Assembly (NCBI GenBank): GCA_965215605.1
Contig: OZ244070.1
Coordinates: 608,001 to 672,000, forward strand
Direction: 5' to 3'
Length of the DNA: 64,000 bases
Source: an uncultured Candidatus Binatia bacterium
GTDB taxonomy: Bacteria; Desulfobacterota; Binatia; UBA9968; JAJDTQ01
This document shows, piece by piece, positions 9,782 through 17,200 of the stretch. The notes beneath the pieces are model-generated. The model ran no database searches and was not told the origin of the DNA. It was given only the letters and a program-made list of their open reading frames with translations. Made by a program: the position numbers and the translations under genes. Position 1 is the stretch's first letter, and each line of letters starts with the position of its first letter.

Positions 9782-10261
9782 ATGGCACAGGACAGAAAGA
9801 ACGTATTCGTCAGCCACATTCACGAGGACGACGCCGGACTCTCCGACCTGAAGAACCTTTTGGCAAGACACGGCATGGAAGTTCGGAACTATTCGATTAC
9901 ATCTGACAAGGAGAACAACGCCAAATCTCCAGAATACATAAAGCGTGAGATCCTGGCCCCCAGAATCGACGCTTGCAGCACTCTGGTGGTCTACATCACG
10001 CCGGATACCAAGAATAGTGACTGGGTCAACTGGGAGATCGAGCACGCCTATAAGCAAGGCAAGACAATTGTAGGCGTTTGGGAACGTGGGTCCAATGGTT
10101 GCGATATACCGGAAGCCTTGGAGGAATTTCGCGACGCAATCGTCGGTTGGACCGGTGAGATCATTGTCGACGCAATAAACGGAGATTACAAAGGGTCGAC
10201 TAATCCTGACGGTAGCCCCGTAAGCATACCTACGCCGATCACAAGGCATCCTTGCAATTGA
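9782..10261 (+). CDS. TIR domain protein (ThsB/DUF1863-like)
   Basis: VFVSHIHED, RIDACSTLVVYI, SDWVNWEIEHA (catalytic Glu), GKTIVGV; AGGAG RBS. Confidence 0.88.
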   Translation: MAQDRKNVFVSHIHEDDAGLSDLKNLLARHGMEVRNYSITSDKENNAKSPEYIKREILAPRIDACSTLVVYITPDTKNSDWVNWEIEHAYKQGKTIVGVWERGSNGCDIPEALEEFRDAIVGWTGEIIVDAINGDYKGSTNPDGSPVSIPTPITRHPCN

Positions 10262-10265
10262 CAAG

Positions 10266-10892
10266 ATGGCACGCAGCTTGTTCTCGTATATTGTTCGCTA
10301 CGATAGCGGCTTCGCACCAAATCCCTTTCACGGTTATTGCACGTTGGCGACATGCAAGCCACGAATCCGCCAACAAGCGCAACTCAACGACTGGCTGGCA
10401 GGAACGGGGAGTAACGCGAAACCTGTCAACCGCGGAGGATACCTGGTTTATGCAATGCGCGTGACTGAGGTTCTTTCTACGGAACAGTACTGGGCTGACC
10501 CGCGGTTTGAAGACAAAAAGCCGGACATGTACCACAACTGGGTAGCCGCGTCTGGCGACAATATCTACGAGCGTATTGGTCCGAATCAGTGGAGACAGCT
10601 AATATCATATCATACGCAGGACGATGGTAGTCCCAGTGATCAGCACATTCGGCGAGATACAGGCGTCGAGAGAATCCTTGTAAGCGATGACTTCGTCTAT
10701 TTCGGAGCGGAAGGCCCGAAACTCCCGATCCAATTTCGTGACGACGGAAAACTCGACTTGCTTTGCTCGCACCGTAACTACCGGCGCGTGAGGGAAGAAG
10801 AGGTCATAACGGCGTTTGAACACTGGATCAGGTCACTTGACGTCCAAGGGTTTCAGGGAAAACCATGGGACTGGGTGAAGAGACGAAACTGA
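10266..10892 (+). CDS. Nmad2 (nucleotide-modification-associated domain 2) protein
   Basis: SYIVRYDSGFAPNPFHGYCTLATCKPRIR, LVYAMRV, YWADPRF..KKP, GDNIY, LVSDDFVYFG. Confidence 0.85.
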   Translation: MARSLFSYIVRYDSGFAPNPFHGYCTLATCKPRIRQQAQLNDWLAGTGSNAKPVNRGGYLVYAMRVTEVLSTEQYWADPRFEDKKPDMYHNWVAASGDNIYERIGPNQWRQLISYHTQDDGSPSDQHIRRDTGVERILVSDDFVYFGAEGPKLPIQFRDDGKLDLLCSHRNYRRVREEEVITAFEHWIRSLDVQGFQGKPWDWVKRRN

Positions 10893-10968
10893 CAACGGCC
10901 GAAGGAAACGTCTGGACTCTCGATGATGCAGTATGCATCTGACAGCAAGGATCGGCAAGAGGACACCC

Positions 10969-12048
10969 ATGTCTTGGCTTATCGAATACAGTAGGGCGGC
11001 GGAGCAAACGGACCAGCTTGCCCGCAAGCCGAAGGACCACGGCCTCCTCCTGGCGGTAGGTCTTTTCGGTGAAGCGGGGAGTATTCTCGCCGAGTTGAAG
11101 AAGGAACAACGTGAAACCGACGCCTACCCCGCATACCGTAACCGGCTCGTCGAAGAAATCGGCGATTGTCTTTGGTACCTGGCGCGCCTCTCCGCCGTCC
11201 TCTCGCCGTCCGTAGTGGATGTTATGGACAAGCGGACGCAGATTCAGCCGGGGCGAAGCCAGGAATCGTTGGTGGACGGGGTGGCCCTCGGGGTTGCGGC
11301 AAGCAGACTGCTCAGTGCACTTCAAAACCGCGATGACCAAGCTGCTAAAGAAGGGCTTGGGCCAATCTGGGACGCCCTATTCAGGGTATCGGAAGACGTC
11401 GGTCTCGACATCCGTGGCGCCGCACAAACGAACCTGCAGAAGACGCGGAGCCGGTGGCCCGAGAAGCGGGATTTCTCGCCTCTCTTCGATGAGGACGACC
11501 TGGAAGTGGAACAACTTCCACGCAAACTTGATCTCGAATTCCGTCGAGTCCAGCGGGGCAAAACAGATTCCGTCATAGTCCGTTGTAACGGCCTGAATTT
11601 CGGCGATAGCCTGACGGACAATATCGAAGAACCAGACTTTTACCGGTTTCACGACATCTTCCATTTTGCGTATGCGGCCTATCTTGGGTGGTCCCCGGTC
11701 ATAAGGGCGCTATTGAAGTGCAAGCGGAAAAGCAAGCCCGAAGTGGATGAAAACGAGGACGGCGCACGAGCAAGAATCATCGAAGAGGCGGTGTCCGCGA
11801 TTGTATTCAGCCGTGCCAAGGAAATGAACTTCTACGCCGGCATTGACCATGTCGACTATGACTTGCTAAAGGCCATACAGGAGTTCATACAGGGCTTCGA
11901 GGTCGCGAATGTCCCTCTGTGGCAGTGGGAAACCGCCATTCTCGAAGGATACAGCGTGTTCCGTACCCTCCGGGTGCATGGAGGAGGGCGCGTAACGCTC
12001 GACATGAACCAACGGCAACTTCTTTACCGCGAGATCATGTACTCCTAG
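10969..12048 (+). CDS. MazG-like nucleotide pyrophosphohydrolase with MazG_C domain
   Basis: GLFGEAGSILAELKK...EEIGDCLWYL; C-terminal GDSLTDN...YRFHDIFHFAYAAYLGWSPV.RALLK.KRKS.P.VDENEDGARA.IIEE; GAGGA RBS. Confidence 0.87.
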   Translation: MSWLIEYSRAAEQTDQLARKPKDHGLLLAVGLFGEAGSILAELKKEQRETDAYPAYRNRLVEEIGDCLWYLARLSAVLSPSVVDVMDKRTQIQPGRSQESLVDGVALGVAASRLLSALQNRDDQAAKEGLGPIWDALFRVSEDVGLDIRGAAQTNLQKTRSRWPEKRDFSPLFDEDDLEVEQLPRKLDLEFRRVQRGKTDSVIVRCNGLNFGDSLTDNIEEPDFYRFHDIFHFAYAAYLGWSPVIRALLKCKRKSKPEVDENEDGARARIIEEAVSAIVFSRAKEMNFYAGIDHVDYDLLKAIQEFIQGFEVANVPLWQWETAILEGYSVFRTLRVHGGGRVTLDMNQRQLLYREIMYS

Positions 12049-13106
12049 CTTGGAGTTGGGAAGAACAGTTCGCGTTGTTTGAGGGTTGTACCCGTCCGGC
12101 GCGTGAGCCACTCGTCAATTCTTTGGTTCAAGCCCCATTTGGGCGGGAAGAAGGGCTTGGCGAGTGGCCCTGTTATCGCGAATCTTTGCTTGATGCGTTT
12201 GCGCCCGGTCCGGCCTCTTATCTCCGGATGTGTTACCCGCGTGTACTTCGAGACCTCACAGAAAAGATTCTGGACATCGATCGGTTGAAGCGGGCGTCCC
12301 CATAGACCCCCGAATTCGAGTCCATACCGCGCGAACTCGTCCGCTTGGATGTCGGACAACCATAGGATGGCGTCGGCCGGATCATACTCCCCAAGCGACT
12401 CGAAGCACTTGGACAGTCCATCCAAGGCGCCGGGGCCGGCAACCACGAATCTCTGTTCCGAGTGGTTCATCAGGGTCGAATAATTTAGGTCGATAACGTA
12501 CTGGAAAGCGAGAAAGGGTCCCAACGTGGGATACAAAAGAACCATCTCGTAGGCTTCAGCCAGCGACTTCGACTCCTGCAGCTTCTCCGGAAGGCGTTCA
12601 TCAAGCATTCTGCGAATCAGTCCGAGATGCATCCGGTGCTTCGGCATCCCAACTCGTCCTCCCGATGGCATGATGTAAGCGGCGGAGTAAATCGGCGCCC
12701 CCTGCCGACGAAGATTGACAAGCAAATCGTCGCACGCCGCGTAGTCGAACTCGTGAGCGACAGGCATGCCGAGTCCGTTAACGACCCTGTCCCACGTCTC
12801 GATCTTGTTGAAGACCTTGAACAAAAGGGCTCTCAGAAACACGTTGGCGCCGCTGGCCTTAGCATCGGAATAGATCAACTGAATCAGGTACTGACTCACC
12901 CTGTCAGCGGCTCTGAAGGCATTCGTGAACTTGTATTCTGACAGCACAGTGTCCGTAGTCCACGGGCTTGGGTCGCCTGCGACGCGCCGTAGATAGATCC
13001 GCTGGCGCTCACACGCAAATTTCCAGAGAACCGGATAGATCGTCGAAGGCTTAGGACGAGAGCGCTTCACCAACGGCGTGAACCGCTGTGGAGTCTGGTC
13101 AGTCAT
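12045..13106 (-). other. aGPT-Pplase1 / 5-hmdU-kinase helical-domain-like region (possible internal start ATG 13106)
   Basis: About 350-aa domain with ERQ, PW.D..L..YKFTN..R..DR, YSAAY, LGPFLAFQ, GPGA..G and Q..FCE..KY motifs; lower GC than the MTase core. Confidence 0.75.
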
Positions 13107-16100
13107 TGGACGATCCCAGAGAGGAGGTTGTTCTGCCACCATCAGGACGCGATGGCGTTTCTTTGGGACCGGCTTCTGCACCAGCCGTGCACGGGCTTCC
13201 TCTTCGGAACGCTCAGCATTGAGGGCGAGAAGGCGAGCAAGGACTTCGTCGCAAATTTCGTCGGGCCAGCGATAGCGGTACGGCTTTTTCTTCACGCCCC
13301 AAGTAGCCTCGTCGATTTCGTAGTCGAGGAGGAAATCACAGTCGGTGGGGATGTCGGTCCAGCCGTAGGCGTCGAGGACGGCGCGGTCCATGGCGGCGTG
13401 GAGTTCTCGGAGACGGATGATATTCGGATTGCCATCGTAGGGGTCATGAAAGCGGTTTAAGGTTCTGGTCAGACCCTCACCGTTACAGGCCATCAGCGTC
13501 ACTCGGTGCTCAAAATACGCCTTGCCTGCGGCCTCCAGCGCCGTGGCCGTTGCCCAATCATCAGGAAAAGCGAAAGTCTCGAAGCAGTCGGATGGCGTGT
13601 AGCGGAGGTCGTCCTTCATCGACGAGCCAAAGAAGCGCACCCAGATCTCGTGGGGGCGGGACTGGAGGACGCAAAGGGCGGCATAGGTGTCGAACGGGAA
13701 TATGATGCATGAATCGCTATAGACAGCGCCGGCGGGCAAGAACGTGAATGCGGCAACTTGTCCGTATCTCGAAATCACCAAAACTCGAGGCTGCCTGGCG
13801 CTGGCGGCGTAGAGTTCGTTTGCCGTCGAGCCGTAACGCCACCAGAACTCCGCTCGCTTTCGACCGATGGGATTCTTCGTGAGCTTGCTTCGCTCCGGCC
13901 TCACTCGCTCATCCACAATCGCCAGCAAATCCGGCCAATCCGCCGCCACCGGCTCCGGATAGTCCAGCGGCACCACCCCGCGCCGCAGCCATGTGCGGCG
14001 CAAGTCTTCCCCCGCGTCCACCCACTGCTTTCCCAAGTCCTCCCTCCGCAACGGAAAGTCCTCAAAGTTGATCACGTATCGGTGATGCGCGTGGGTCGGG
14101 CTGGTATTCACTTCCTCGCCGCCGATGTAAGGGAAGATGCGCTCGCCGTTGCGGGGGTCTGCTTCGATCAACCGCCGCATCTCCGACAACGGGTTGGCGA
14201 TGCCCTTCTTGTCGGTGTCATCGAAGGTGAAACCCATTCCGAGGACGTAGCTTCCAACGAAGCTCTTGCCGGCGTTCGCTTCAAGGCGCGCCGGGTCGGC
14301 GTGGCTGCCCTTGTGGAAGAGGAACGCGGTGATGTTCTCCACATCCCTGCCGTCAAGCACCTTGGTTCCCGCAAATTCGCCCTTGGCGACGTGCAGCACG
14401 CTGACCACTACGGCCGCGTCGCCGGGCCACTTGACCCGCTTGGTGGCGCGGTAGATCTCTCCCCCATTCTCGCAAATCCAGCGCAGGCCGGTGGAGCGGG
14501 TATCGCCTTGAGCGATGGTGTTGGTGGCAATCAGACCGAACGCGCCGCCTTCGCGCAGAAGGTTAAAGACGCGCCGGTAGAAGTGCGCTACCAGATCGGC
14601 GTTGCCATGGCTCCCTTGGTGGACGGTCTTGAGCCAGTCCGGGTAACCCCCGACGTTACCGGCGGCGATGTTGTTCTTCCCCGCGAACGGCGGATTTCCG
14701 ACGAAAGCATCGAATCCCGGATTCTCGCGCTCGAACACCTCGGGAAACTCGATCTCCCAGTGGAATGGGGCGAGCGGCGGGTCGCTGCCACGTTGGTCCT
14801 CGATCCATCCCAGGTAGCGGATAGCCTCACCCTTGAACACGGCTTCGGCGAATTCGTTCCGCTTCCCTCTCCTCGGCCCCGGCCTGGTTGCGGCGAAGAA
14901 CGCCGCCAGCACCAGATCGCCGTAGAGCCGGACGGCGTCAAGCTCGTCGCGTGCGTCCTGCCATATGCCGTGGATTTCCTGATCAGAGACATCCTCGCCC
15001 GCGTCCCTGATGCGCTGACGCGACGCAGCCAAGCGCGTCATGTGCTGCCGCACGTCCTCGACATAAAACTCCTGTACAGGAGACTCCTTTTCCAGGTCCC
15101 AGTGGAACGCCTCAATCTGTTTCCGGGTCAATCCGACGAGCGCGTCGCCATGGCGGAACGCATGGTCCAGGAAGGTGAGCGGATGGTCCCGCGCAAGGGT
15201 GCTGAGCCATAGCGAGGTCTTGGCCAGGTCCACAGCCATGGGATTCCGGTCGATGCCGTAGAGGCACTTCTGGGCGACCAGACGGCGGGCATGGATCACC
15301 TCGTCTTCGTCAGGCGGGATTACCGGCGTCTCATCGTGCTTGTGCCATGCCTCGGTGAGCGCATCCGCGAGCTGGCGGCAGGTTTCCACCAGAAAGGCGC
15401 CGGAACCCATGGCCGGATCGCAAATCTTGAGGTCGAGAATCCGGGCGGGAGACGGCGCCTCTCCATCCTCGCCGCGAAGCCGATTGAGCAGGGGCTCGAG
15501 AGTGTGGCGGACAATCGGTTCGGTGAGTTCCCGCGGCGTGTAATTGGAGCCAGAGCGTCGTCGCTCATCGCTGGGTTGCAGCACCAGGGAGCCGGGAGTG
15601 ACGAGGTCCGGCGTGGCGTCCTTGTCCAGCACCCGGTCCAGCGCCAAGTGAAGGTCATCCACCGTATCAGCTGCCCGCAGTCCGTTCCTGACGGTGTCGG
15701 TGAGGGTGCGGTCCACGCGGTCCTGGAGCCATTTCCCGCGACGCTCCTTGGGCTGCCTCGCCAACTCGTCGAGATCGACGGTGCTCGGTGCTCCGAGCTT
15801 CTTGGCGGACTTGACGGCCACGGACCGGCCGGTGGCGGTCTCCAGACGGAAGCCCATGATGATCTCGTACACGGAGCCGATCTGCTCCACGTCGAGGGTG
15901 CGGTAGGAAATGCGCTCGCCGTCGAGGACTACCAGCTTCTCCAGCACGCGGTAGACGGCGCCGTCGGAGACCAGCGGCGGCTGGACGCGTTCGGTGATCT
16001 GCCGGCCGCCGTCGCTGTGACGGCCTTCGAGGAACGGATACCGATCCGGGTTGAACAGAGCGCCGCGACGTTCCGGAAGACGGAACATGCCTCCTGTCTC

Positions 16101-17195
16101 GTGCCCGCCGGCCCCGTCATGGATGAGGCGAAACAGCACGAGAAGCTGCGCCCACGCGCCGAAGCGCTGGTCCATGGTATCGGGGTGCAGGGCCGCGTCC
16201 TCGCGCAGTCGCTGGTAGAGGCCGGCAACCGAATAGTGCCGGATGAAGGTCTCATCGCCCGGAAGCATGCCGCGCTCCTCGGCATAGAGCAGAAACACGA
16301 GGCGCAGGATGACGGCGAGCAGGCCGCGATAGACGTCGTTGGAATCGCCTTCGGCGGAGAGCGGTTCCCGCAACAGCTCTCCGCAGGAGGCGTCGTGGGC
16401 GGCCTGGAACCCTCGAAGGAGGCCGTAGAGCGCGTGCATGACCTGCTCCGAAAGCCGCTCGCTGACCTCGTTCTGATAGCGGCGGCTGTCGGCGAGCAGC
16501 GCCAACAGGCGATGTTCCTTCGGCCCTGTCAACAGGCGTTGCTCACACAAGAGAAGGCGCAACGCCGCGCATAGAGGCCGCCCCGCGGTCTGCGCCATGT
16601 CGTCGACACGAAAGTCCATCCAGCCGGAGCTTTCGCCGCGCGGGGCCGAGACGAGACGCAACGCCGCGCCGTTGAACAGCACGCCGGCAGGAACTCCGGT
16701 GCCGCGGAGAAGGCGCTCCATCCGACCTTGCGGAGAGGTTTCCAGTCCGCCGGCGGCGGCCGTGGTCCTGTGAAAGCCCTCACCCTCATCCAGCACCTGA
16801 ACGAGCAACTGCCACGGCAACTCCCCAGCCTGCGGGTCGCGCTCGCGCACCGCGAAGTCCGGACGCAGAGTCTCGCCGTAGTCCGGGAGGAAAACCTCAA
16901 GTTCCGCCGGGATAGGGGTCTCCTCGGTGTCCGCGTATCCCTTGGGCGAGAATCCCCAACCGAGGACGGTCTTTGCGAACGCGCGGAAGTCCTGGAGGCA
17001 TCGTTCCCGTGTTCGCGCCGGCGATCCATCGCGTTGGTTCAACCAAGCGTCCAGCAACTCCTGCCCTTCGACATCGTGCCGGTTGAGGATGGCCCCAGCC
17101 TTGACCAGGGCCGGAGCGGAGACCACGAGGCCGTTCGGCTGGATGAAGCCGAGCCATTCGAGATGGGCGCGGGTGTGTGGGTCGGGCGCAGGCAT
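12045..17195 (-). CDS. drmMI: DISARM DrmMI N6-adenine DNA methyltransferase (Eco57I/type IIG-like) fused in frame to a C-terminal aGPT-Pplase1-like domain
   Basis: HLEWLGFIQP start, GSNYTP, DPAMGSGAF (motif I), GNPPF (motif IV), TRD and YRWPDE..DEVLARLLALNAER end. It then continues without a stop into WKFACERQRIY...PWTTD.VL..YKFTNAFRAADRVSQ...GPFLAFQYVIDLNYS...DVQNLFCEVSKY. Confidence 0.88.
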   Translation of the reverse strand: MPAPDPHTRAHLEWLGFIQPNGLVVSAPALVKAGAILNRHDVEGQELLDAWLNQRDGSPARTRERCLQDFRAFAKTVLGWGFSPKGYADTEETPIPAELEVFLPDYGETLRPDFAVRERDPQAGELPWQLLVQVLDEGEGFHRTTAAAGGLETSPQGRMERLLRGTGVPAGVLFNGAALRLVSAPRGESSGWMDFRVDDMAQTAGRPLCAALRLLLCEQRLLTGPKEHRLLALLADSRRYQNEVSERLSEQVMHALYGLLRGFQAAHDASCGELLREPLSAEGDSNDVYRGLLAVILRLVFLLYAEERGMLPGDETFIRHYSVAGLYQRLREDAALHPDTMDQRFGAWAQLLVLFRLIHDGAGGHETGGMFRLPERRGALFNPDRYPFLEGRHSDGGRQITERVQPPLVSDGAVYRVLEKLVVLDGERISYRTLDVEQIGSVYEIIMGFRLETATGRSVAVKSAKKLGAPSTVDLDELARQPKERRGKWLQDRVDRTLTDTVRNGLRAADTVDDLHLALDRVLDKDATPDLVTPGSLVLQPSDERRRSGSNYTPRELTEPIVRHTLEPLLNRLRGEDGEAPSPARILDLKICDPAMGSGAFLVETCRQLADALTEAWHKHDETPVIPPDEDEVIHARRLVAQKCLYGIDRNPMAVDLAKTSLWLSTLARDHPLTFLDHAFRHGDALVGLTRKQIEAFHWDLEKESPVQEFYVEDVRQHMTRLAASRQRIRDAGEDVSDQEIHGIWQDARDELDAVRLYGDLVLAAFFAATRPGPRRGKRNEFAEAVFKGEAIRYLGWIEDQRGSDPPLAPFHWEIEFPEVFERENPGFDAFVGNPPFAGKNNIAAGNVGGYPDWLKTVHQGSHGNADLVAHFYRRVFNLLREGGAFGLIATNTIAQGDTRSTGLRWICENGGEIYRATKRVKWPGDAAVVVSVLHVAKGEFAGTKVLDGRDVENITAFLFHKGSHADPARLEANAGKSFVGSYVLGMGFTFDDTDKKGIANPLSEMRRLIEADPRNGERIFPYIGGEEVNTSPTHAHHRYVINFEDFPLRREDLGKQWVDAGEDLRRTWLRRGVVPLDYPEPVAADWPDLLAIVDERVRPERSKLTKNPIGRKRAEFWWRYGSTANELYAASARQPRVLVISRYGQVAAFTFLPAGAVYSDSCIIFPFDTYAALCVLQSRPHEIWVRFFGSSMKDDLRYTPSDCFETFAFPDDWATATALEAAGKAYFEHRVTLMACNGEGLTRTLNRFHDPYDGNPNIIRLRELHAAMDRAVLDAYGWTDIPTDCDFLLDYEIDEATWGVKKKPYRYRWPDEICDEVLARLLALNAERSEEEARARLVQKPVPKKRHRVLMVAEQPPLWDRPMTDQTPQRFTPLVKRSRPKPSTIYPVLWKFACERQRIYLRRVAGDPSPWTTDTVLSEYKFTNAFRAADRVSQYLIQLIYSDAKASGANVFLRALLFKVFNKIETWDRVVNGLGMPVAHEFDYAACDDLLVNLRRQGAPIYSAAYIMPSGGRVGMPKHRMHLGLIRRMLDERLPEKLQESKSLAEAYEMVLLYPTLGPFLAFQYVIDLNYSTLMNHSEQRFVVAGPGALDGLSKCFESLGEYDPADAILWLSDIQADEFARYGLEFGGLWGRPLQPIDVQNLFCEVSKYTRVTHPEIRGRTGRKRIKQRFAITGPLAKPFFPPKWGLNQRIDEWLTRRTGTTLKQRELFFPTPS

Positions 17196-17200
17196 GGGTC

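Noticed and set aside
9782-10261. Canonical Thoeris system
   Set aside because: A ThsB-like TIR is present, but there is no SIR2-SLOG or Macro-TM ThsA nearby.
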